From: Candidatus Woesearchaeota archaeon
Lineage (GTDB): Archaea > Nanobdellota > Nanobdellia > SCGC-AAA011-G17 > UBA489
DNA length: 64,000 nt
NCBI GenBank assembly: GCA_964343875.1
Contig: CAYFJW010000001.1
Location: 9,696-73,695 of the forward strand
Direction: 5' to 3'
Every line of letters starts with the position of its first letter. Position 1 is the stretch's first letter. Shown piece by piece: positions 1 through 9,938 of this stretch. The position numbers were made by a program, and so were the translations under genes. The notes under the pieces are model-generated. The model did not search any database, was not told the origin of the DNA, and saw nothing but the letters and a program-made list of their open reading frames with translations.

Positions 1-737
1 AATTTAACATTCTTAACATCCTTCAACCACCTTTCCGTAAATGGCAACGTTTTATACTCCTTCTCAATTTTAGCCATTAACTTTCTTGCACCATCTAAAC
101 GAACAGGTTTTTTCTCCAAAAATGCATAAACTCCACAAGGTTTACCTTCTTTAACACTCCCAACACCGGTTGTAGCGAAGGGTTCAATTGCAATATGTTG
201 CCCCTCAACTAATTTCTTTGAATTCCCATTGTCATAATTAGGAATTGTCGGCTCAGTATGGACCTGCCACAAATCAACCCCATGTCCACTCAGATTTGTA
301 ATAGGACTGAAACCGGCAGAAGTAATTGTTTCTTCTACAACTTTCCCAAGTTTACCAATTTCAGTTCCAGGAGTTGCAATTTCACATGCAGCCAAACAAG
401 CATCCTTAGAAGCCAATATTAAATCCCTATATTTATCAGTCCCCAACTCAACAGTTATTGCATTATCGGCAACGGCACCATTAACATGCACGCCAATATC
501 CAACTTAACAACATCTCCCCTCTCAAAAACATTAGTGTCATCAATAAAGGGACAATAATGTGCAGCAACATGATTCACAGAAACATCCATTGGAAACGCA
601 GGAAATCCACCCTTCTTAATAATAAAATCTTCGGTTTTATCAGCAACTTCAGTATATGTTTTACCAGCCTTACAGATGCCCACAGCGTACTCTCTAGCAT
701 CTGCAGCAATCTTTCCAGCTTTCAACCAATCGTTCAT
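1..737 (-). CDS. map: Methionine aminopeptidase type 2 (archaeal MetAP); C-terminus runs off the window
   Basis: Not in the ORF track (open at window edge). Own minus-strand translation from ATG at 737-735: MNDWLKAGKIAADAREYAVGICKAGKTYTEVADKTEDFIIKKGGFPAFPMDVSVNHVAAHYCP...GDVVKLDIGVHVNGAVADNAITVE...NLSGHGV...HIAIEPFATTG. These are pita-bread metal-ligand motifs of MetAP2. ATG overlaps the polB stop (TAATG). Confidence 0.85.
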   Translation of the reverse strand, partial: MNDWLKAGKIAADAREYAVGICKAGKTYTEVADKTEDFIIKKGGFPAFPMDVSVNHVAAHYCPFIDDTNVFERGDVVKLDIGVHVNGAVADNAITVELGTDKYRDLILASKDACLAACEIATPGTEIGKLGKVVEETITSAGFSPITNLSGHGVDLWQVHTEPTIPNYDNGNSKKLVEGQHIAIEPFATTGVGSVKEGKPCGVYAFLEKKPVRLDGARKLMAKIEKEYKTLPFTERWLKDVKNVK

Positions 738-3700
738 TAGAAATCACCCAGACTTTTCTGTTTATGAAGCTTTGTTAAGTCCTCTTTATCATATCCAACG
801 GCCAAAAATATCCTTTCAACAGCAGGAATTATCTGATTATCAATATAATATTCAGGATCATAACTCTTAGCTTCATCATCTGGAACAGATCTATCCCCAA
901 TATTGCCCTTACCTTCCTGAACTACATATTTAATTTCACTTCCCGCACCAATAACATCCCCTCTTTTAATTAATTGTTTAGCAACATTAACATGCGGACC
1001 AATCGCACTATAGTCTCCAATGTTCTTAGTTAATCTCTTCTTAAGAATTAATTTTTCAATAGGAGTCTTACCATCCTTAACTTCATCAAGAACATCTTTG
1101 ACATATTTAACAGCTTTCTTAACATCATCTTCAACTAAAACTATTCTTAAAACTTCTTTCTGGGTTTCTTTAGCAATTAAGCTCCAATCCCCTCTTACAG
1201 TTTCAAATCCGACAATCTTTATTTCATCTTTCTCATTAACCAAAGCATACTTCTTCTTAGCGCCTTCTTCCTCACCCTTCTTCATTACAAAAATTCCCCT
1301 TGGATAAAAGCCATCTAATTCTAATTCCATCAAACTAGGCAACTCTTCATTAACGCTCTTCAGAAATAACTCGCCATCCTTCATTGTTTTACCCTTACCC
1401 AAGGAAATAAAGACAGAATCGGTATTATGCACTAATACATAGTTTGCAAAGAACCTATGCGTGTCCTCAACTTCAATGTCATATACGTAACCCTTGTTAC
1501 TAAAAGACTCAATCGTCTTAACACCTTGTAAATCAAAATCAAAATCTTTTATCAATTTCTTTTGGATGTTCTTGGTTTTTATCCTAGCCCTTTTATCCTT
1601 CCTTTTTAACAAAAATCCAATAGAGTCATTAAACTTACGCCTATCTTTTATGATAATGTTCTTAGAGTAACTACCTGAGGTATGGATGGTGTCTTTAGTC
1701 CTATATACATTTTTGTTATTTTCTTTAAATACAGAATGGGAAACACCTACCAGATACAGTAATTTTCTAACAGTCCCAATGTGACTATTCTTTACAGATG
1801 TGAATTTTATAATTGGTGCTCCATTACGTAGCATAACAGTCCCATCCGCAGTAAATAATCCTCTAAGAAATAATCCTATATTTTCTTCAGTTTCATCCAT
1901 AAGCCAATTTGGAATAATTTTCTTATGTTTCTCATCAGAACAATGTTTGGATATTAATTTCACTAATTTAAGCCCATTTATAGTCAAATCTCCTTTTCTG
2001 CTCTTGCTCCACCAATAATTCTTGATATAGCCAAGTTCAATCAATGGCTTGATATTCCTTTCAAATAGTTCTTCTCCATCTAAACCGAGAGATAACCTAA
2101 GGTAGTAGTCTTTATTTGATTTTTTATGATTTAAATTTCTTTGAAAACTCCCATCACCAATAAATAGCCCCATGAATTCATAAACTTTATCAGGGTACTT
2201 TTTTGATTTCATTTTCCTGTTTGGTATTTTTTTCATGGCCACAAGGGACTTTACTTTTTTGTTGATATCCTCTGGTTTAACCTCAAGAATTCTCAACAAG
2301 GGACACTTTCTGCTCTTGCCTCTCGCAGTCATCAAGGATTCATAACCTATTAGGGAATGATCTTCTGTAACATCTATAGACCAATTATTCGTAAAATTTA
2401 CTCTATACATCTTTTTATCACACTTATGCCTCATAACATAAACAAGTGGTTTGAAAACAGAATTTCCTCTGTGATCCAATGTTAAAACTTCCAGACCTTT
2501 CCTAAAATTATATTCCTTGCCATTTTTGCTCTTCATATCAACTTTGTCAAATAAACTTTTTATCTCAGTTTCATAAATCCTTCCCTTATTTCTAATCCAT
2601 ACTCTAGAATTTTCTCCAACACTATCGCCATATACAACCTCAAGTTTCTCTTTTTCTGCACGTTCAATTACTTGCTTAATGTAATCCCTAGCAAAGGCGG
2701 TTGTAGATGCGGCACACTCCTTGCAGTACCATCGAGCCCCAGAGAACCCAAAATAACCGTATGTGCTATTCGCTAGTGTCTTCAAGCTATACTGCCTAGC
2801 AATCAATGTAGCATCTTTCTTATCTTTTTTTAACAAATCCTTAACTCTATTTCTTCTAACTAAAACCTCCCTGATCAACTTAGGAAAGAATCCATCATAC
2901 TTGTATGAAAATCTATACTCCATCTCCTTACCTTCGTAATCAATCTTGGGAGATACATTAACATCCTTCTTACTATCGGTCAATGTGCTCGGACATATAT
3001 TGTGAACGCTAATAATTGTGGGGTACAAACTCTTGAAGTCAAAAACAGCTACATCCCTATAAATTCCTGGTTCAGGTTGAACAACAAAAGCCCCTTCATA
3101 CCCAACACCTTCACGCTCACCAACGACATTCCTGTAAGGTCTATTCGGAGCAATCTCATTAAACTGATCTAAGTTTCTCAAAACAAAACTCTCAACTAAC
3201 TGACTAAAACTCATTCTAGCCAAATCATCCGGAGGCAAACCACATAACTTAACAAACTCACTAATATTTGGATAAATTTTTTCAAATAACTTATATGCCA
3301 ATTCAGCATCAACTAAATTATACTTACAATACACTCCTAATTCCTTTCCACCTTTATCCCAAGCACTCCAAAGTTTACTAACATCTGCACCAGATTTGCC
3401 GGTACCTAAAAAATTATTAGCAACTGTATCCAAATCATAAGAAGGCAAATTAATCTCTCCACTCATAATACGTCGAATAAATTTAAACACATCAATGTGG
3501 GCCATACCCACAATCTTCGCAGTTTTGGTGTTATTCCTCCTAGAAAACTTAACTTCCTTCCCGTCCAACCCAACCTTCAATTTAATCTTATACTTCTCGG
3601 CCCTAGCCTTAACATAAGGAAAATCAAAACCATCTGAAAAATAACCTACAATATAATCAGGACCAAACGTATTCACAATATCATTAAACCTCATCAACAT

Positions 3701-4411
3701 TTCGCCTTCATCTTTAACAAACTCAACATAATCCCCCGCACCTTCAAACTTTTTCCATGTAATTACCTTCTTATAACCGCCAGAACCATAAAATGCAATC
3801 ATCAAAACAGGATCAACATCTTCATTAGGACTTCTTCGTTTGCTATAAACTTCAATATCAAAACCCAAAACTTTAGGTTTATCCAAAGTCCCATTCTCTT
3901 TTTCCTTAACGGACTTAGCATTAATTACTTTTTTTACAGTATAATTACTTTCAACTTCATCACCTTCAACAGTACAAAGTTTCAAGGGCTCCAATTTCCT
4001 ATCATTAAAGTATCTTCTAACAAACGGAACATCAGTTTCCAAACAAGTCACTACACCTTTAACAGATTTAATCTCCTCACGAATAGGACCAATATCCTTA
4101 GGATTATTAACCTCAACCTTCAAAGCATAAACATCCTTAGACAAATGTTTCTTTTTCAATATTTCAACATTAGTCGCATATGCAGTTCTTCTACTCTCAG
4201 CAATCTTTAAACCAAGTATTTTCTTCTTCAACTTAACAGCAAACTCCTTGTCCTCTAAAATAACCCAGAAATAAGCCGAGAAACTACTATCCAAAACACA
4301 AACCCGATCTCCCTCTGAACTTCTCCCAAATAACCTAATTACGCCCCTATGAGCACCATCTGGCTCATCAATATAGTCTGCAGTCAGTGGGAAAAAATCT
4401 AATTTCATCAC
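737..4411 (-). CDS. polB: Family B DNA polymerase precursor (1224 aa) containing one 400-aa intein
   Basis: Exo motifs FDIEV and YNLVDAEL. Pol motifs DFKSLYPTII and KTLANSTYGY, and YGD...TDS interrupted by the intein. C-terminal KKKYA. Confidence 0.95.
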   Translation of the reverse strand: MMKLDFFPLTADYIDEPDGAHRGVIRLFGRSSEGDRVCVLDSSFSAYFWVILEDKEFAVKLKKKILGLKIAESRRTAYATNVEILKKKHLSKDVYALKVEVNNPKDIGPIREEIKSVKGVVTCLETDVPFVRRYFNDRKLEPLKLCTVEGDEVESNYTVKKVINAKSVKEKENGTLDKPKVLGFDIEVYSKRRSPNEDVDPVLMIAFYGSGGYKKVITWKKFEGAGDYVEFVKDEGEMLMRFNDIVNTFGPDYIVGYFSDGFDFPYVKARAEKYKIKLKVGLDGKEVKFSRRNNTKTAKIVGMAHIDVFKFIRRIMSGEINLPSYDLDTVANNFLGTGKSGADVSKLWSAWDKGGKELGVYCKYNLVDAELAYKLFEKIYPNISEFVKLCGLPPDDLARMSFSQLVESFVLRNLDQFNEIAPNRPYRNVVGEREGVGYEGAFVVQPEPGIYRDVAVFDFKSLYPTIISVHNICPSTLTDSKKDVNVSPKIDYEGKEMEYRFSYKYDGFFPKLIREVLVRRNRVKDLLKKDKKDATLIARQYSLKTLANSTYGYFGFSGARWYCKECAASTTAFARDYIKQVIERAEKEKLEVVYGDSVGENSRVWIRNKGRIYETEIKSLFDKVDMKSKNGKEYNFRKGLEVLTLDHRGNSVFKPLVYVMRHKCDKKMYRVNFTNNWSIDVTEDHSLIGYESLMTARGKSRKCPLLRILEVKPEDINKKVKSLVAMKKIPNRKMKSKKYPDKVYEFMGLFIGDGSFQRNLNHKKSNKDYYLRLSLGLDGEELFERNIKPLIELGYIKNYWWSKSRKGDLTINGLKLVKLISKHCSDEKHKKIIPNWLMDETEENIGLFLRGLFTADGTVMLRNGAPIIKFTSVKNSHIGTVRKLLYLVGVSHSVFKENNKNVYRTKDTIHTSGSYSKNIIIKDRRKFNDSIGFLLKRKDKRARIKTKNIQKKLIKDFDFDLQGVKTIESFSNKGYVYDIEVEDTHRFFANYVLVHNTDSVFISLGKGKTMKDGELFLKSVNEELPSLMELELDGFYPRGIFVMKKGEEEGAKKKYALVNEKDEIKIVGFETVRGDWSLIAKETQKEVLRIVLVEDDVKKAVKYVKDVLDEVKDGKTPIEKLILKKRLTKNIGDYSAIGPHVNVAKQLIKRGDVIGAGSEIKYVVQEGKGNIGDRSVPDDEAKSYDPEYYIDNQIIPAVERIFLAVGYDKEDLTKLHKQKSLGDF
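1424..2623 (-). mobile_element. Intein with LAGLIDADG homing-endonuclease domain inserted in the PolB YGD/TDS (pol-c type) site
   Basis: Extein junctions read VVYGD|SVGENSRVWI...ANYVLVHN|TDSVFISL. Intein starts with Ser, ends His-Asn, +1 residue Thr. Block B is TEDH. Two LAGLIDADG motifs, MGLFIGDGSF and LRGLFTADGTV. Exactly 1200 nt, in frame. Confidence 0.85.
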
Positions 4412-4523
4412 CCCTAGAAAGGCTCAGAAATCTTATAAACCTTCCCTCCAAGCCCTAAAAATGCAAAACAATAGACTTATATACTGTAAACTATAGTTTT
4501 GTGTAACTAATTAAGGACGAAAA

Positions 4524-5090
4524 ATGAGGATACCAAAGGGATTCAAATTGCTTGGCGCTGTAGCTGCATTAGCTGGCTTAAGCTTTATCGGAGCAAGAAA
4601 ACTAGATTCTAAGATGGATTTTACAGGAACGGACATTCCAGTTACACTCCAATCAGGAGAAATTGACGTTCCGGTTTACAACATGTTCACAGGCTTAAGA
4701 CCCGGGAGGTGTTCGGCATATGTTAGAAAAGCAGCTAAAGACTTATTCAATGAAAACTACTCCTTCTCAAACGCATGGGACAGAATTTATAATGATAAAG
4801 TTCTCACGGGATTGAATGACTTTGAATCGCTTGAAGACTTAGCAAAAAATGGAACAATGAACCCTGGAAACTTAGTTGGCGTAGTTTACCCAAACAGTCC
4901 AAACATGGATGGTGTTGATGCAAGAAATGAACCAAGGCAGTTTTCACATTTGCTTTTATACTTAGGGGATTCACCCGAAGGAGAACTCCTTTTCTCACAT
5001 AGAGTTGGAGACCAAACGCACGTTGATCCATTAAGTCACTTTAAACCGAATGGTTATGAAGCAAAGTACTTAATAGGAACTAAAAATTAG
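4524..5090 (+). CDS. Hypothetical membrane-anchored/secreted protein; possible papain-like (NlpC/P60-type) Cys-His fold
   Basis: N-terminal hydrophobic helix LLGAVAALAGLSFIG. Conserved-looking Cys (GRCSAYVRK) and downstream His (FSHLLLYLG). Fold call is weak. Confidence 0.45.
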   Translation: MRIPKGFKLLGAVAALAGLSFIGARKLDSKMDFTGTDIPVTLQSGEIDVPVYNMFTGLRPGRCSAYVRKAAKDLFNENYSFSNAWDRIYNDKVLTGLNDFESLEDLAKNGTMNPGNLVGVVYPNSPNMDGVDARNEPRQFSHLLLYLGDSPEGELLFSHRVGDQTHVDPLSHFKPNGYEAKYLIGTKN

Positions 5091-5733
5091 AAAGATTAGA
5101 ATTAATCTCTTTAGTTTCAATTGGCTCTGGCCTAAACATAAATGCTTTATCTCTATCAAAGTAACCACATCTAAACTTATCCAAAGGTATGCCGGTTCTT
5201 TTACTTAACATCAAGGAATAAAAATACACTTGCGTATCAGCATATTTCTCCTTATGCGCATTAGGTTTATAATCCCAAACCCAAATAAGTCCATCTTCAA
5301 CACTCAAAACATCAATGTGCCCAGTTAAAGGTTCATCACTTCCAAACATTTCTTTATATCCAGAAATCTCATCAGAATTCAACCAAATGGGGACCTCAAT
5401 TGCAACAGTTTCATAATCATTCTCCAACATAAACAACTGCACCTTACTATGATTACATTTAAACCTAGTTTCATTAATCTTCAACCCATTTTCAGCTAAA
5501 CTACAAACTCTATGGCCGCTCAACTCAACAACATTATGACTAGAACTAAACTTCAAACTACTCCCTCTTGGACCCCTTCCAAAATAATCATCAGGACAGG
5601 ACTCAAACATATCAGCCAAAAAACTCTTCAATCCCTCTAATCCATTGTTACAAAACTTATCCAGCTTCTTATTATGCACTCTGTAAATATAAATTCCGCC
5701 AGGATGTTCCAGTTTAGTATACTTCACCACCAC
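5080..5733 (-). CDS. PD-(D/E)XK superfamily nuclease-like protein
   Basis: Motif GHIDVLSVEDGLIWVWDYKPN (D...D-x-K) followed by QVYFYSLML (QxxxY), as in RecB/Cas4-like nucleases. No Cas4 Cys cluster. Confidence 0.55.
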   Translation of the reverse strand: MVVKYTKLEHPGGIYIYRVHNKKLDKFCNNGLEGLKSFLADMFESCPDDYFGRGPRGSSLKFSSSHNVVELSGHRVCSLAENGLKINETRFKCNHSKVQLFMLENDYETVAIEVPIWLNSDEISGYKEMFGSDEPLTGHIDVLSVEDGLIWVWDYKPNAHKEKYADTQVYFYSLMLSKRTGIPLDKFRCGYFDRDKAFMFRPEPIETKEINSNLSNF

Positions 5734-5812
5734 TTTTACTACCCTAATTCTAACTAGTTTTAAAAGAATTTACATAATAAGGTATATAAATTAACTATCC
5801 CAATCCTTCAAT

Positions 5813-6832
5813 ATGGGTGTAAAAATCACGGATATTGTAGAAAAAAAGAAGATTTCTTTCGAAGAACTACAAAATAAAAAAATAGCTGTAGATTTCTCAA
5901 ACGCAGCATATCAGTTCCTTACATCAATTAGACAAAGAGACGGAACACCATTAATGGATTCCAAAGGCAATATCACCTCACACTTACAAGGGATCCTATC
6001 AAGATCTACAAACCTAATCGCCCAAGGTATAAAATTAGTCTACGTAATGGACGGAAAACCTCCAGAATTAAAACTAAAAACACAACAATCTAGATATGAA
6101 TCAAAAACAATCGCAGAAGAAAGATTCGAAGCTGCAAAAGAAGAGGGCGATGAAGAATTAATGTTAAAGTACTCAAAACAATTCACAAAACTAACAAAAG
6201 ACATGGTAGAAGAATCAAAGGAACTAATTGAAGCATTAGGAATTCCAATCATCCACGCCCCCTCAGAAGCAGATGCACAAATTGCATATTGTTGCAAACA
6301 AGGAGATGTCTGGGCAGCAGCAACCACAGACTTTGATACATTATTACATGGTTCACCAAGGATGATAACAAATTTAACAGTTTCCCAAAAGAAAAAAACA
6401 GCAATGGGTTTTATTAAAACACATCCAGATTTGATTTTACTAGAAGAAGCATTAAACAATCTAGAAATAACCCAAGACCAACTAATCTACCTAGGAATGC
6501 TAGTCGGAACAGACTATCACCCAGGAATAAAAGGAATAGGCCCAAAAAAAGCAATCAAAATAATAAAAGAACTAAAAACGCCAGAAAAAATATTCAAGGA
6601 ATATCCCTTAGAAAACCAAGATTGGAAAGAGGTATACAAACTATTCAATGACATGAAAGTAAAAAAAGACTACAAATTAGAATGGAAAGTCCCAAATAAG
6701 GAAAAAATAATAGAAATCCTAGTAAAAAAACATGAGTTTTCAGAAGAAAGAATAATGGCTACATTAAACAAATTAACAGGAGGCAACGTAAAGGTCACAG
6801 CAGATCAGAAAGGCCTTAGTTCTTGGATGTAA
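5813..6832 (+). CDS. fen: Flap endonuclease 1
   Basis: MGVKITDIV N-terminus, XPG-N/XPG-I motifs (VYVMDGKPPELK, APSEADAQIAY, GTDYHPGIKGIGPKKA). C-terminal PIP-like GLSSWM. Confidence 0.95.
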   Translation: MGVKITDIVEKKKISFEELQNKKIAVDFSNAAYQFLTSIRQRDGTPLMDSKGNITSHLQGILSRSTNLIAQGIKLVYVMDGKPPELKLKTQQSRYESKTIAEERFEAAKEEGDEELMLKYSKQFTKLTKDMVEESKELIEALGIPIIHAPSEADAQIAYCCKQGDVWAAATTDFDTLLHGSPRMITNLTVSQKKKTAMGFIKTHPDLILLEEALNNLEITQDQLIYLGMLVGTDYHPGIKGIGPKKAIKIIKELKTPEKIFKEYPLENQDWKEVYKLFNDMKVKKDYKLEWKVPNKEKIIEILVKKHEFSEERIMATLNKLTGGNVKVTADQKGLSSWM

Positions 6833-6833
6833 A

Positions 6834-7727
6834 ATGGTTCAGTGGTATGTCTTGATGTTAGTTCCGATAGTCTTCGCTACAGTTGCATCAATTATAGAGA
6901 AAAAAACGCTATTCAAGGAACATGCAATGGAGTTTTCAACAGTATTTGCAATAACCATAGCTCTTATGTCTCTAGTATTCATCCCATTTGTAAATTTTAA
7001 CTTCCCACTTCATTACTGGCCAATCCTTTACATGGCCTCAATTATCGCAGCCACAGCATTCCTATTTGTGGCTAAGGCCACAAGACACATGGAATTGTCC
7101 CAATCAACCCCCCTCTTTACATTCAACCCCATAATTGTTGCAGTTTTAGCATGGCTGGTTCTAAAGGAGGACCTTGGCTTAAACCAAATCATTGGAATCG
7201 CAGTAATCTTTATTGGGTCTTACTTCTTAGAAATGAAGCCAAAGAAGTCTTTCAGAAATGAACTATTAACCCCCTTCAAAGTTATGATAAAATCAAAGTA
7301 TGTCCATTTTATGTTATTTGCCGTGTTCCTATATGCAATTGTAGCAACCATAGATCGGTTCGTCTTACATTCCGCCGGAGTAATGTCTCCTTTCACATAT
7401 TTACTAATTGTACAGTTCTCCGCAGCAATAAACTATCTTATCATGATCACAGTTTTACATGATGGATTAAAGGGCGTTAAACATGGATTCAAATCTGCAG
7501 GCTGGTGGATTGGTTTAATGGCCTTGTTTATGTTAGCAAGCAGGTCAATGCAAGTTTATGTGGTTACACTTCCTGCCGCAAAGATCGCAATGGTAATAGC
7601 AATGAAGAGGGGTTCAACTGTCCTTACAACATTCTTCGGAGGAGAAATATTTCACGACAAACATTTAATACAGAGAACCCTTTCATCCCTGATAATGGTT
7701 GCAGGAACAATCATTATGATATTATAA
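6834..7727 (+). CDS. EamA/DMT-family transporter
   Basis: About 10 hydrophobic helices in two repeated halves, 297 aa. Starts 1 nt after the fen stop. Confidence 0.75.
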   Translation: MVQWYVLMLVPIVFATVASIIEKKTLFKEHAMEFSTVFAITIALMSLVFIPFVNFNFPLHYWPILYMASIIAATAFLFVAKATRHMELSQSTPLFTFNPIIVAVLAWLVLKEDLGLNQIIGIAVIFIGSYFLEMKPKKSFRNELLTPFKVMIKSKYVHFMLFAVFLYAIVATIDRFVLHSAGVMSPFTYLLIVQFSAAINYLIMITVLHDGLKGVKHGFKSAGWWIGLMALFMLASRSMQVYVVTLPAAKIAMVIAMKRGSTVLTTFFGGEIFHDKHLIQRTLSSLIMVAGTIIMIL

Positions 7728-7728
7728 A

Positions 7729-8538
7729 ATGGCAAAATTAAGTTCAATACTATTAAATTCGAAGATAATAACTAAAAAAGAAGCCCAATTCGTGCCAAAT
7801 TCTTTTGACGTAGTTGGAGACATAGCAATATTCAATGACTTTCCCAAAGAACTAAGAAAAAAAGAAAAAAAGATCGCAAGTAAAATTATAGAAACACACA
7901 ATAATATTTATGTGGTAGCTAAAAAATCTAAAAAGTACTCGGGACGCCTTAGAACCCCAAAAATAACCATCTTAGCAGGAGATAAAAGAAAGGAAACAAT
8001 GCACATCGAATCTGGCTGCAGACTAAACTTAAACGTAGAAACATGTTATTTTTCAACAAGATCTGGTTCAGAAAGACTAAGAATTGCAAAAAAAGTAAAA
8101 AAGAATGAATCAGTATTGGTTTTATTCTCGGGCGTAGCGCCATTTCCATGCGTGATTGCAAAAAACGCTAACCCAAAAGAAATCTACGCAATTGAATTAA
8201 GTAAGGCTGCACAAAAATACGCAGAAGAAAACATTCACCTAAACAAACTGGCTAACGTTAAATTATTCCAAGGAGATGTAAAAAAAGTTCTACCAAAAAT
8301 AAAAAAGAAGTTTGACAGAATAATCATGCCCCTCCCAACAAACGCAGAAGAATTCTTAGACTTAGCAAAAAAGAAAATAAAACCAAAAGGAACAATTCAC
8401 CTATACTTATTCGCAAATGAAAAAGAATTCAAAGATATAAAGAAGGAATACAAAGAAGAATTCAAACACGTTAAATTAACTAAAGCAGGGCACTATGCAC
8501 CTGGAACTTTTAGAATTTGTTTAGATCTGAAGAATTAA
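7729..8538 (+). CDS. trm5: Class I SAM-dependent methyltransferase, Trm5/Taw22-like tRNA (m1G37) methyltransferase
   Basis: SFDVVGDIAIF motif typical of Trm5. Rossmann VLVLFSGVAPF. IIMPLPT in place of the NLP/NPPY motif. Confidence 0.7.
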   Translation: MAKLSSILLNSKIITKKEAQFVPNSFDVVGDIAIFNDFPKELRKKEKKIASKIIETHNNIYVVAKKSKKYSGRLRTPKITILAGDKRKETMHIESGCRLNLNVETCYFSTRSGSERLRIAKKVKKNESVLVLFSGVAPFPCVIAKNANPKEIYAIELSKAAQKYAEENIHLNKLANVKLFQGDVKKVLPKIKKKFDRIIMPLPTNAEEFLDLAKKKIKPKGTIHLYLFANEKEFKDIKKEYKEEFKHVKLTKAGHYAPGTFRICLDLKN

Positions 8539-9845
8539 AAATCAAACTCAACTTCTCTCTTCAACTTAATTGCACTTGGTGCCTCACCACCATGCCAACT
8601 TCTCTTAGGATGCACCCTCATCGGATAAATCCGCTCACTATTATCATCTAATATAATTGCACTTCCCCTCAACCTAGGTAGATTATTCAAATGACTTGCT
8701 AAATCACTTGTCAAATAGGACTGCATCATACTATTCAGCGCATTAATGTCCATGCTACTCGTTAATTTATGACTCAAAACAATATCGCTCTGCGTCAAAA
8801 CATCCCTATGGATCTCTCCAGGTTGCTGTGTAACAAGCACCAAACTAATTCCCGGCTGTCTCCCCTCACGTAACAACTGCACCAATGCGTCAGTAGCAGG
8901 AGTCTTACCTTCCTTAGGCAAGAACTCATGAGCTTCATCAATCATTATCCAAACCATTGGCTTATCTTGTCTTTGTTCTTCATAGAAGTAACTATGTTGT
9001 CTTTGAATATCCTGCAACTCTTCCTCTTTCCTTGCACTCATTCTTTCAGCCAATAACTTCTTACTAACTAACCCAATAACCAACCCCTTAATACTCCAAT
9101 CCCCAGAAGTGTGCGTATAACAACTTATGTCTAAAACATTTACGCTCCCAGGTTGCATCAATTCTTCAACAGTCGTTCCAAACTTAGCAAAAAGTCCCCA
9201 TTCATCTGCAGCCAAAAATCTATTTTCTGCTGCATCCTTAACTTGAACAGTAGTTTTCTTATCTTTACGTAACTCCTTTACAATATCCTTTATAGAGTAA
9301 TCTCCTTCTAACTTACCCAAAGTCCGTTCAATCAATATTCCAATTGGATCATTTAATTTAATACCAAAAACGTCAGCCCAATCACTAGCACCTAATTCAC
9401 TAGTTCTTATTGTAAACTTATGGTCTGCAGGAATCCCTTTCTTCTTGTACTCGTCATAATAACCTTCGGGTGTAAAAATATTAATGTCCAACCCCTCAGG
9501 CCTCAATTGCCAAGCCTCCAACAACTTCTCCTGTCTTTGATTAGGAAACTTCATAGTCCAAAACACACCCATAGTATCAAAAAACAACACGGCAATATTT
9601 TTCTTTATCGCCTCCTCCATCCTAGAAATCTCTTCAGCCATAACAGAAGCAGAATACGATTTTCCACTACCTCTTTTACCACAAATCATCACCACATGTG
9701 TCCTAGCAATATCTAAATACACCTCATTGCTCAAGGAAGTGGTATGCCCCATCCTAACATAGGACTTTCCAAGGTAAACGGTCCCTAAATCCCCAAATCT
9801 AGCCAAATCACCCTCGTTTCTTCCTACTATTATCTTATGGGCCAT
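8535..9845 (-). CDS. HerA-like / DUF87 P-loop ATPase
   Basis: Walker A ICGKRGSGKSYSAS, Walker B VWIMIDEAHEFLP, arginine-finger region LLREGRQPGISLVLVTQQP. Confidence 0.75.
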   Translation of the reverse strand: MAHKIIVGRNEGDLARFGDLGTVYLGKSYVRMGHTTSLSNEVYLDIARTHVVMICGKRGSGKSYSASVMAEEISRMEEAIKKNIAVLFFDTMGVFWTMKFPNQRQEKLLEAWQLRPEGLDINIFTPEGYYDEYKKKGIPADHKFTIRTSELGASDWADVFGIKLNDPIGILIERTLGKLEGDYSIKDIVKELRKDKKTTVQVKDAAENRFLAADEWGLFAKFGTTVEELMQPGSVNVLDISCYTHTSGDWSIKGLVIGLVSKKLLAERMSARKEEELQDIQRQHSYFYEEQRQDKPMVWIMIDEAHEFLPKEGKTPATDALVQLLREGRQPGISLVLVTQQPGEIHRDVLTQSDIVLSHKLTSSMDINALNSMMQSYLTSDLASHLNNLPRLRGSAIILDDNSERIYPMRVHPKRSWHGGEAPSAIKLKREVEFDF

Positions 9846-9938
9846 GCAGAATGCTCACCTCTCTACTTAATCAGCAGACTATTTATAAAAACCTTTCTTA
9901 CCAACAATTATATAAAATCCACAGATAATATCTAAGAA

